Part shown: one piece after another, positions 37,927-46,110 of the stretch | Position numbering within the stretch: position 1 is the first letter of the stretch | Layout: every line of letters begins with the position of its first letter | Origin: Candidatus Niyogibacteria bacterium | GTDB lineage: Bacteria; Patescibacteriota; Minisyncoccia; HO2-45-28 | Direction of reading: 5' to 3' | NCBI GenBank assembly: GCA_016181935.1 | Contig: JACOYI010000003.1 | Span: 35,741 to 99,740 of the forward strand | Length of the DNA: 64,000 bases | Translations under genes and position numbers: made by a program | Notes under the pieces: model-generated | The model's input: only the letters and a program-made list of their open reading frames with translations | What the model was told of the DNA's origin: nothing | The model's database searches: none

Positions 37927-38253
37927 CTAAAGCCAAGGGCGGAGTGGATTTTCTCCATCTCGCGGATATTCCCAGTTAAGTTCGCGGATTTTCTCATAAA
38001 ACTCCCGTACTGCTTCAACGACCCCCGCTCGCCATTTAAGGAGATCAGCCGATAAGTCGGATTTCCTTTTCTCCTCGGCCGTGAGCTTTGCGCATGCTCG
38101 CCACAGAAGCTTGGTAGTATAGCTCCGGTTTAAATGGAGCCCTTGCCGGTCAATCTCCCTCCATAAGTACCGCGCGCTCATATTCGGGTTTTGTGAGAAA
38201 ATCGCGTATACCTTCTCGAGGTGTAACTCTTGCTGTTCTTTTGAATATTTCAT
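37927..38253 (-). CDS. Small hypothetical island protein, possible HTH
   Basis: Co-oriented ORF upstream of the recombinase. Confidence 0.6.
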   Translation of the reverse strand: MKYSKEQQELHLEKVYAIFSQNPNMSARYLWREIDRQGLHLNRSYTTKLLWRACAKLTAEEKRKSDLSADLLKWRAGVVEAVREFYEKIRELNWEYPRDGENPLRPWL

Positions 38254-38324
38254 GGATTATTATTTAATGGTTCGGTCTGCTCTACTGGTACGTTTTGTCC
38301 ACCTTTGTGGCCTACGATGGATTA

Positions 38325-38921
38325 TCATTCCATTCCGTACTGGCGTTTTGACCTTCTTTCCTCCCACGCGGCTTCCTCCTGTGCTTCAGTCCTCATCCTA
38401 TCAGGCAACACCTTTCGCCTTATGAGCTCTTTTTTCATTTCTTCTAAAAGTTTTATCCTATCCTTCTTTTGTGAATCCTTCTCTTGTGCATCCTTCGTGG
38501 CTCCACCGGAACCCGCACGAAGTTCTACAGGAGCCAACATCATAGGTCTGACGGTTCTCTCATCCCGTCTTTTTAATGGCTCTGTGGGAGCCAGCAAACC
38601 CTTACTTTTCCATTCTGATTTATCAAGAAGCCAGTAGGTATTGCTCATGCGTCCGCCGAGGCGCTGTTTCCGGATAATATTCCAAGCCAGAAGTTCTTTA
38701 AGGCCACGCTTAACCGACTTTGTAGAAATGTGATGCTGTTCCGCAATCCGCCTGATAGACGGGAACGCTTTTTGCGCTTTGTCGGCGTGCCGACAAAGGG
38801 AAAGGTAGGCGCACGTTGCATACGGACTCATTAACCTCGCGTAGCCGTTCAAATATGAATCATCAATGATGAACTGCTCTTTTTTGCGCAGATCTCTGAC
38901 TTTGAAATAACCATCGTTCAT
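38325..38921 (-). CDS. Winged-HTH protein resembling phage/plasmid replication organisers
   Basis: YLSLCRHAD, AFPSIRRIAE, VKRGLKEL, SNTY pattern. Confidence 0.7.
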   Translation of the reverse strand: MNDGYFKVRDLRKKEQFIIDDSYLNGYARLMSPYATCAYLSLCRHADKAQKAFPSIRRIAEQHHISTKSVKRGLKELLAWNIIRKQRLGGRMSNTYWLLDKSEWKSKGLLAPTEPLKRRDERTVRPMMLAPVELRAGSGGATKDAQEKDSQKKDRIKLLEEMKKELIRRKVLPDRMRTEAQEEAAWEERRSKRQYGME

Positions 38922-39109
38922 AACTTTTCCTGCTCTTTGAGAAGCTGGTTGTACCGATCCAGCCATTCTTTCGGCATTGGCTGATAAACAACTCGGGCAA
39001 GGTTCAAAAGTCGTTGCGCCTGTTCAGCCGCCTCATCGTGCGAAATCTCAATGCCAAACTCCTTTTGGTAAATCGCTCGGTATTTTTCAATGGCTTGCTC
39101 GGAAAGCAT
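38918..39109 (-). CDS. Small hypothetical island protein
   Basis: MLSEQAIEKYRAIYQKEFGIEIS; ATGA-type overlap with the next gene. Confidence 0.7.
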   Translation of the reverse strand: MLSEQAIEKYRAIYQKEFGIEISHDEAAEQAQRLLNLARVVYQPMPKEWLDRYNQLLKEQEKL

Positions 39110-39155
39110 GGAATTGGTGAACGGCCTTCATCGCGGCTGGAACTCGCGACACGGC

Positions 39156-39410
39156 CTAATTTTGTGCGTACAGGCGCGTCTTTATGGCTCGGAGTTCGTC
39201 AAAATATGCCTGCGGTTCGACCTTTAACTCTTTCCGCCAGAATGCCGCGACAAGCTCGTCAAGCTCCTCGCTATGCGGAAAAACAAAATAAGCCCGACGA
39301 TAATCGGTCTTGTCTATGGCCTCAAGAGGCACAAAAAGAGAAAGCGCGGCTGCAAGCGCGAGATCCGCCGTTCGATAAAAATCTTTGGATTGTAGTTTTT
39401 GCATAGTCAT
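39156..39410 (-). CDS. Small protein, DUF5659-like
   Basis: TADLALAAAL, RAYFVF, LKVEP..Y..LR.IKTRLY pattern. Confidence 0.65.
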   Translation of the reverse strand: MTMQKLQSKDFYRTADLALAAALSLFVPLEAIDKTDYRRAYFVFPHSEELDELVAAFWRKELKVEPQAYFDELRAIKTRLYAQN

Positions 39411-39582
39411 TGTAATTGCTTATTATTTTTTCTTGCTTTCAGTAAAACAAAACCTCTCGGCGCGAAATGCCGAGAGTACGAGGGAGGAGATTTTTCTTTT
39501 TAGAGAATGGTTTTAGGCAACAAAAAAGAAGGTTTTTGACAAACCCTCTCAACCGGTCAAGCCGGCAAGAAAAATGTACTCT

Positions 39583-40410
39583 CTAACCCTCTAACTCAAG
39601 CCAGAATGTTCTTTTTTGGGCGTCAGTACGGTATCGGATTTTTCCTTGAAGTTTTTCATTCTTTTGCAATTCTTTTTTTGTAAATTCAATAAGCTCCACC
39701 ATACGAGTATGGCGCTGTGGGCTGTAATCAATCAACCGGCTATCACCCTTATCTTTTGGCAGGCGGATCGCTTCAAATACGGCATCTATATTTTTCTGAA
39801 CCCCGAAATGCGGCTCGCAGAGGGTTTGCAAAAGTTTGAAATGCCGCGACCTGCTTGATCCAACGAGAATCTTTTCCCTTTGTTTATAAAATTTAAAGTA
39901 TCCCTTGCCCCCTTCGATAAGCGTGTATGGTTTCGCTGGTTCATCAACCGACACTTTTTTATCAGTTGGTTGGAGCTTAGTTTCCGTGGGAGCGGTTGCA
40001 CCTTTTGGTTTTGCCTTTATGATCTCCCACGCCCTATACACGATCTTGTCATTGTAGCTATGGGGGAACGCCCAATGCTGGATAACGTTATGAAATTCTT
40101 TGGCATCAAGCCCCAGTTTCAAGCCGTTTTCAAAAAGTTTATATGTCTCATCAAATTTCTCTCCAAGAGTTAGATGGAACAGGACTGGCTTGCCATCGCG
40201 CCCCAGAGGAACATCGGGCACTGCTTCATAGGTAACCGCATGATACCCCCGCAGCATTCTTAAGAGTTTACGCTGTGTTGCGAGATCCGGCGTATTCTCG
40301 CCGGTTTCCGAAAGCGTGAATTCTCCATTTTCTGGCGTCAAAAGACGATCCTTTTTAATTGCCTGCAACATCCACCAAATATTTTGAATAAAAAAATCGT
40401 GTGGGGTCAT
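39583..40410 (-). CDS. Hypothetical island protein
   Basis: Long ORF, no motif recognised. Confidence 0.7.
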   Translation of the reverse strand: MTPHDFFIQNIWWMLQAIKKDRLLTPENGEFTLSETGENTPDLATQRKLLRMLRGYHAVTYEAVPDVPLGRDGKPVLFHLTLGEKFDETYKLFENGLKLGLDAKEFHNVIQHWAFPHSYNDKIVYRAWEIIKAKPKGATAPTETKLQPTDKKVSVDEPAKPYTLIEGGKGYFKFYKQREKILVGSSRSRHFKLLQTLCEPHFGVQKNIDAVFEAIRLPKDKGDSRLIDYSPQRHTRMVELIEFTKKELQKNEKLQGKIRYRTDAQKRTFWLELEG

Positions 40411-40554
40411 TGTAATTGTAATGTTTAATTTTAATGCCCCCGATTTGCCTCGTTCCTCTAAAAGTTGCACAAAATCCGATAAATGTAAACGTCGCGCTTT
40501 AGTTTTTACGAGTCGATCCTATACAAGATTTACCAAAAATGATAGCGTGATTTT

Positions 40555-41256
40555 ATGAATATAAACACGCTAGTCAAGAAGTTGCACATAATCAAAGATA
40601 AGGGTTTCATAAAAACTCACCGTGCTCACGATACTGGGATTGGTAAAACTCTGGAAGATTTGCTGGAAATAAAAGAAAATAATTTGCAACTCCCTGATGT
40701 CGGAAAGATTGAATTGAAGGCAAAAAGGATCGACTCGGGGAGCATGCTCACTGTTGCCACTAAATCACCCTTACCAAAAGGCGTGAATAGGATTTTATTT
40801 GAGAAGTATAAATATAGGGATAAAGAAGGAAAATATAATCTTCACTCTACCGTGTGCGGTTCGCGAACCAACAGACAAGGACTTAGGGTTGTTTTGAAAA
40901 ACGATAAGTTAATTTTGAAAAATACCTACAACGTTGAGGCATATTGGCCTCTTTCTATTTTCGATGATGTTTTAAAGAGCAAATCAAATAAGATATTGCT
41001 CATTTTTGCTGAAACAAAAGGCGAGAGAAAAACTCCAAGCGAAAAATTTCACTACAGCGAGGCCTATTTACTTTCGGGGCTTAATAGTAAAAAGTTCAAA
41101 TCTGCCATAGAAAAAGATAAACTAAAGGTTGATATTCGAATTGGGGTATATCGAAGCGGCAAATTCAAAGGACGCTATCACGATCATGGCACTGGATTTC
41201 GAATCAATAAAAAAGACTTCCTCCAACTTTTTGATCATTACAAAAAGCTCATTTAG
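40555..41256 (+). CDS. MvaI/BcnI-family type II restriction endonuclease
   Basis: GIGKTLEDLL, PD...IELK, HDHGTGFRI. Confidence 0.88.
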   Translation: MNINTLVKKLHIIKDKGFIKTHRAHDTGIGKTLEDLLEIKENNLQLPDVGKIELKAKRIDSGSMLTVATKSPLPKGVNRILFEKYKYRDKEGKYNLHSTVCGSRTNRQGLRVVLKNDKLILKNTYNVEAYWPLSIFDDVLKSKSNKILLIFAETKGERKTPSEKFHYSEAYLLSGLNSKKFKSAIEKDKLKVDIRIGVYRSGKFKGRYHDHGTGFRINKKDFLQLFDHYKKLI

Positions 41257-43141
41257 TTTTTCTCAGAACAACGATACTTTCTCTTGTCATCGTTTCTTCT
41301 AGCTCGCCGGCGATATTGGTGGGGGAATTTTTAATTGGCATTCTTTTGCCTGGTATATTGCGTACCACAATATTCTCACAATTGAACCCGATTTGCTCTG
41401 CGAGTTCGGCAATAATAAAATCGGTCGGTAGTCTTACTTGCTTAACTAAACGATTTCCGATAACGAGACAAAAATACTTATTTGGTTTTAATATCTGATG
41501 GGCTTTTTTAAGGCAATCATTTAGTCCGATATAAAAACTCAAAACATCTTTTGCTCTCTTGGGGTCTCGTTCGTCGATCTTTTTTAGAGAATCTTTGAGA
41601 TAATCTGACGCCAATGAATTTCTTAACTCAATGACAGGCTTACCGCCTAGCAACTTGTTGTCAACTCCGGAAGCTTCATTTGGATCATCAAACATATCAA
41701 TCCACTGTGAAGAAAGCCGTGAAAACTGACCGTAGGCGACAGTCGTTCTACTGTCTCCATAGGGTGGGGAGGTGATAATAAAATCAATGGATTCGTCTTT
41801 TATGCCGTTATCTTTTGAAGAATCTCCGTATATAATTTTTGCCCATGTGTTTCTATCAACGTCACGGTAATAACTCTCCATGCCTTTCATGTTGAGCTCC
41901 GTTCTTTTTTTAAATGTGGCTAAAACATCGGGGCTGTGATTTTCAAGATTTTCTTTTTTAATTCTCACAAGCTTAAATTCTCCGCTCTTTGTATTTGACA
42001 CTTTCCTGACAGTTTCACTAAAAGCAACCATGAAGAAATTTCGGATATTTTTACTGGAGATTTCCTGTATAGCTTTTTTTATTTTTGCCAACTCGATGAC
42101 TACTTTTTCTTTAAACCAAAATTCAACGTTATTAAATACCGGCTTCTTAATCTGATTGTTTTTAATCTCGCCGATTTTTTTTAGGAGTTTTAAATACTCC
42201 TTATTGAGAATCGCGGGGTCAATAGGGGTTGTTTTTGTTTTTGCAAGAAAGATGGCAAGTGGGTTTAAATCAATACCATGCGCATTTCGGCCTAACAGAC
42301 GACTCTCAATCAAGGCCGTGCCGGAGCCACAAAAGATGTCGCAAACCGTATCTCCCTTTTTGCTGTAAGTTAGTAAAAGTCGCCTTGCAACGTGAGGGAT
42401 AAACATTGCGGGGTATGTGTGAAAACCGTGAGTGTATGGTTTGGTATTAACTCTTTCAAAATCCCATGAGTAGTCGATCTGTCTTTGAAGTTTATGATCA
42501 GATACTTTTTCTTTCTCGGTTGGCTTTTCGAGATTTCTAATAATTCTTACAACAACACCGCGAACCTCTAACTCTTTTGTGTAAATTGGGAATAGAGTTG
42601 GATTTGCTGGTTGCAATCTGAAACGATCCTTTTCTCGATAAATCCGTTTTAGCGTTGCCTCGTTGTCATTAATAATCGCAACTACAGTTTGTCCGTTATC
42701 AGCGATGTTCTGCTGCCGAATGACAACAATATCTCCGTCATAGATTCCATCGTCTATCATGCTATTTCCTTGCACTCGTAGGGCATAATGATTGCCGAAC
42801 TTTCCAATGTCGTCTTTCGCAACTGTGATTGTTTCTGGAATTTCTATGGCCTCGATGGGCGTGCCGGCGGCAATCGTACCCAAAAGAGGAATTTTAATCG
42901 TTCTGCTGTTTTTTTCTGCCGACATCGCGCGCGGCTGGTTAACCTCGCGCTGTAAATATCCGGCTTCTTGCAGTCTCTTAACATGAAAATGCGCCGTAGA
43001 AACCGAAGCAAGTTTAAAGCGCCTCCGAATCTCCTCTAAGGATGGGGCGTACCTTTTCTTTGCGCTATATTGTTTTATGAATTCCAAAACTTCCTTTGGA
43101 CGCTTTGTTAACATGGCTGTGTATTGCTTTTTATCCCGCAC
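41249..43141 (-). CDS. LexA repressor fused to an N4-cytosine-type DNA methyltransferase
   Basis: LexA wHTH, AAG cleavage site, GNSM and TLKR catalytic dyad; then HTYPA, DIFCGSGT (motif I) and TSPPY (motif IV). Confidence 0.9.
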   Translation of the reverse strand: MRDKKQYTAMLTKRPKEVLEFIKQYSAKKRYAPSLEEIRRRFKLASVSTAHFHVKRLQEAGYLQREVNQPRAMSAEKNSRTIKIPLLGTIAAGTPIEAIEIPETITVAKDDIGKFGNHYALRVQGNSMIDDGIYDGDIVVIRQQNIADNGQTVVAIINDNEATLKRIYREKDRFRLQPANPTLFPIYTKELEVRGVVVRIIRNLEKPTEKEKVSDHKLQRQIDYSWDFERVNTKPYTHGFHTYPAMFIPHVARRLLLTYSKKGDTVCDIFCGSGTALIESRLLGRNAHGIDLNPLAIFLAKTKTTPIDPAILNKEYLKLLKKIGEIKNNQIKKPVFNNVEFWFKEKVVIELAKIKKAIQEISSKNIRNFFMVAFSETVRKVSNTKSGEFKLVRIKKENLENHSPDVLATFKKRTELNMKGMESYYRDVDRNTWAKIIYGDSSKDNGIKDESIDFIITSPPYGDSRTTVAYGQFSRLSSQWIDMFDDPNEASGVDNKLLGGKPVIELRNSLASDYLKDSLKKIDERDPKRAKDVLSFYIGLNDCLKKAHQILKPNKYFCLVIGNRLVKQVRLPTDFIIAELAEQIGFNCENIVVRNIPGKRMPIKNSPTNIAGELEETMTRESIVVLRKTK

Positions 43142-43252
43142 TTAAAGTATAATAGAAAATAAATAGAAAGTCGAAAGTCGGGTTATCCCCAGCTTCATGT
43201 GATAAGTTCGATGGGGGTTGAAATATCCTAAAAATGTGATAAAAAATAAGAA

Positions 43253-44035
43253 ATGTTTGCAACCCAAGAAGAACAAAACAAATACATCAAAGAAACCTAT
43301 CCTGAAATCACTGATAATCGTATTGACGAAGCGCATTGGGATCTTCACTGTTCAAGATGTGAAATAACGCGAGGGTTTTTTGTTACCGAAATGGGCTTTG
43401 CCCACCAACAAACCCGTTATAGCGGCGTCTCTTTGAATCAACCACATGGATTCACATTCCATTGCCCAGTGTGCAAGTTGTATAAGCTCTGGATTGTTTT
43501 TGAGATTTCAGGCAACGAAACAAAAGAAGATGGCAGTCAGGGGTGGGTCAAGAGGTGTTACAAAGTGACATCTCTACCAAGCGAAGGATTAGAGGAGATA
43601 GAACAACTTCCAGAAAATCCCTCGTCTCTCCGCATTGCGTATAGGCAGGCAATACGGGCAATGGATGCGAATGCACACATCGCTGCTGCGGCTATGTTTC
43701 GGCGAGCGCTCCAAATCATCACGCGGGAGATTTTGAAAGCTAAACATGGATCTCTGGCAGATGAGCTAGATTCGCTTGTGGGCACAGAGTTCAACGGAGT
43801 AAAACTTACAAACAACTTCGCTACGAATGGTTACATCATTAGGGAATCAGGGAATCAAGGAGCGCACCCCGACAAAGACCCCGACTTATTGGATTTCACT
43901 CAGCAAGATGCGGAGGATCTACAGGGGATTTTCATGGAGCTTGTCAGTGAGCTTTTTATCGCGCCCGAAGCAATGAAAAAAGCTAAGCAGGAGTTTGTGC
44001 AAAGGAGGAAGATTGCGCCACCAAAAATAGTCTAA
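43253..44035 (+). CDS. DUF4145 (HEPN-like) protein with N-terminal CxxC pairs
   Basis: CSRC, CPVC, AAAAMFRRALQ, IRESGNQGAH (R-x2-GN-x2-AH). Confidence 0.75.
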   Translation: MFATQEEQNKYIKETYPEITDNRIDEAHWDLHCSRCEITRGFFVTEMGFAHQQTRYSGVSLNQPHGFTFHCPVCKLYKLWIVFEISGNETKEDGSQGWVKRCYKVTSLPSEGLEEIEQLPENPSSLRIAYRQAIRAMDANAHIAAAAMFRRALQIITREILKAKHGSLADELDSLVGTEFNGVKLTNNFATNGYIIRESGNQGAHPDKDPDLLDFTQQDAEDLQGIFMELVSELFIAPEAMKKAKQEFVQRRKIAPPKIV

Positions 44036-44050
44036 GATAAAAACTTTTCT

Positions 44051-44599
44051 ATGGATATAAACGAGAAAATCGCCCCTATCTATTCAGAGCTACAAGGATA
44101 CCTTGCACAAGCGCCAGAAAAAGATAAAGAAATCTTCGTTGAAGCTGTTTGGGAACGATACAATCAAACCGTTGAGGAGCTCAATAATGTTTCTGGAAAA
44201 AACTATGATGGTTACCGTGTTCAACCAAGAAGATGGGCGAATACCACGAATCCATGTGTAGCTACTCTTGATTATCGCACCAAGCTCGGAGGAATCATTG
44301 CGCGATTACATCGAGAGTATTTTTCGGATGAAGCAGCGCCTTTCAGCGGAATGCCGAATACCGTAATCAATCAAAGTCAACACCAATACCAATCCATTCA
44401 GATGCTTCTCGAAATACAAGATAAAATCAGTGAGAAGTTTTATCAAGCAACTGAAGGTAGTAAAGAAAAAACTTTTTTGGAAAAAGTGAAAAGTTCTCTG
44501 TCCTCTGTTCGGAATGCTACGGAACTACTCTCGTTGATTATGAAAACAGCAAAAGACATAGGACTGTCGGTCGATGAACTTATAAAACTTTTTATGTAA
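44051..44599 (+). CDS. Hypothetical island protein
   Basis: ORF 15 nt downstream of the DUF4145 gene; likely co-transcribed. Confidence 0.7.
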   Translation: MDINEKIAPIYSELQGYLAQAPEKDKEIFVEAVWERYNQTVEELNNVSGKNYDGYRVQPRRWANTTNPCVATLDYRTKLGGIIARLHREYFSDEAAPFSGMPNTVINQSQHQYQSIQMLLEIQDKISEKFYQATEGSKEKTFLEKVKSSLSSVRNATELLSLIMKTAKDIGLSVDELIKLFM

Positions 44600-44966
44600 A
44601 TATGGGAAAAGAAACATACAAGCTCAAAGTATTTTGTGTTAACTGCAATTTTAAGGGCGAGATCGAGATTCCGAAGGGGGTTGCTTACAAAAGCCAAGAG
44701 TGTCCGAACTGCGGAGTTACGGGATTGGAACGCGTGCTTGAGCCCGCAAGATTGATTCCTGATATTCCCAACTATTTTTAGTTGTGAGTTTGCCGTGACA
44801 AACAATTCAAAAGAACTACCGCAAAACTCATGAGTAATCTGGAAATGGTTGCCAGCTTCTGATACCCTGAAAGTAAGTTCTAATATCGTTCAAGATTTCC
44901 CGCAGGATTGAGCGCCCGTTCGAGAGACCGGGAATCCTCAAAAACAAAACGCCCGCTAACAGCGGG

Positions 44967-45320
44967 CTACGAAGATGTTTTAGGGAGAGAACGAAGTTTA
45001 CGCATTGCAAAATAGTTCGTAATCGCTTTAAGAATTTCCGGCTCGTTTACAAATTTTCCGGAAGTTGTAAGATTTCTCATTGTTTCGTCAAGTTGAACCA
45101 AATCCAGTGCTGTAACAAATTGAACAAGCGACCCGACAACTCGCGGATTGTCGTTTGTCTCGATGATTTCGCCAATCGCTCTGATAAAGATAGTTCGATC
45201 CTCGCCGCCGCTTGAATCATAGAGTTCGAGGAGTGCGCCCGACCCACCCCAATCTGCATAATCGTAATCAGAGATTCCGGCAAAACATGCCAAAATTTCT
45301 GCTTGCCAATTCTTTTCCAT
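44967..45320 (-). CDS. Hypothetical helical protein
   Basis: AAGGAG RBS; terminator hairpin GCCCGCT-GTT-AGCGGGC at its end. Confidence 0.65.
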   Translation of the reverse strand: MEKNWQAEILACFAGISDYDYADWGGSGALLELYDSSGGEDRTIFIRAIGEIIETNDNPRVVGSLVQFVTALDLVQLDETMRNLTTSGKFVNEPEILKAITNYFAMRKLRSLPKTSS

Positions 45321-45499
45321 TATTTCTCCTTCTATAATTTTGTTAAGGTTCTACGTTTAAGGTTACTATCTTTTAAAACAAAAGGCGAGTTTTTAACCCC
45401 GACCGACCCCCATCAAATCATTCTCTAGAAAAGAGCGCGAAAAAGCCTTATGATTCTCATATTGGGTAGTTCTAGACTGGCTCACTCCGCTTTAAGCGT

Positions 45500-45567
45500 A
45501 AATAAAAAGCAACCCCGGCTTTCGCGTAGAAGCGAAAGCGGCGGCTTGCGTCTTTTTGATGCCTCCG
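45500..45567 (+). pseudogene. 3' arm of the D-loop insertion followed by a degenerate tRNA-Ser 3' part
   Basis: 38/39 identity to the reverse complement of 35376-35414; continues GAAAGC-G-GCGGC-TTGC...GCCTCCG. Confidence 0.65.
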
Positions 45568-45633
45568 CGATAATGGGATGACCGTGCGGGAACGGGGATC
45601 GCTTAATGATTAATCGTAGTTATAAAACATAAT

Positions 45634-45780
45634 ATGGCATTTGAAGAACCCAAGACAGGGCAGGAAGAGATGGATGAGGACAAAAGTTTTTTTAGGCAAG
45701 TAGCAGAACAGAAAGAAGAAGATGCGCGTGAGGCGCAAAAAGCGGCGGAAGCGGAAAAAGGAGACAAAAAAGCCGCGTAA
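45634..45780 (+). CDS. Small charged protein (48 aa)
   Basis: MAFEEPKTGQEEMDEDKSFF...KKAA, first of three co-oriented ORFs. Confidence 0.55.
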   Translation: MAFEEPKTGQEEMDEDKSFFRQVAEQKEEDAREAQKAAEAEKGDKKAA

Positions 45781-45799
45781 AAGCAGAATGCGATCATTT

Positions 45800-46108
45800 A
45801 TGCCGGATGATACGATCCAAGACGCGAAGACCGGTCTTGAATTTCACGCAAAAAAACTTGCGGCGCTTATCATCGTTTCGTCCATGCCGCAGAGCGTAAA
45901 AGAGGCATGGGTCGCGCTATTGCCGATCATGAAACTGCCGCAAATCGCGCGGTTCCTCGATATTCTCGAGGCGAAGTATTTGAATGAAAAAACGAAAATG
46001 GTGGATGAAACCTACAAACATGAATTGGCGGATTTTTTGCATGAAGTTGAAGAGTCGGATAACGAACGCGAACTCGCGCTGATTAAAAAGATCGATGCAT
46101 TGGCATAA
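45800..46108 (+). CDS. Hypothetical helical protein
   Basis: ORF ending 2 nt before the next start. Confidence 0.7.
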   Translation: MPDDTIQDAKTGLEFHAKKLAALIIVSSMPQSVKEAWVALLPIMKLPQIARFLDILEAKYLNEKTKMVDETYKHELADFLHEVEESDNERELALIKKIDALA

Positions 46109-46110
46109 CT

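Larger units (their letters stand above)
36181..44904. mobile_element. 8.7-kb integrative defence island
   Basis: AT-richer sequence, recombinase at the left end, CCGCA core at 36181 and 44900; the joined ends form CAAGATT-TCCCGC-AATCTTG. Confidence 0.8.

Noticed and set aside
44828-45010. Independent 60-aa gene
   Set aside because: It has no convincing start and spans a terminator; its distal part is better explained as the recombinase tail of the excised form.
36181-45490. Prophage
   Set aside because: No terminase, portal, capsid, tail or lysis genes are recognisable.
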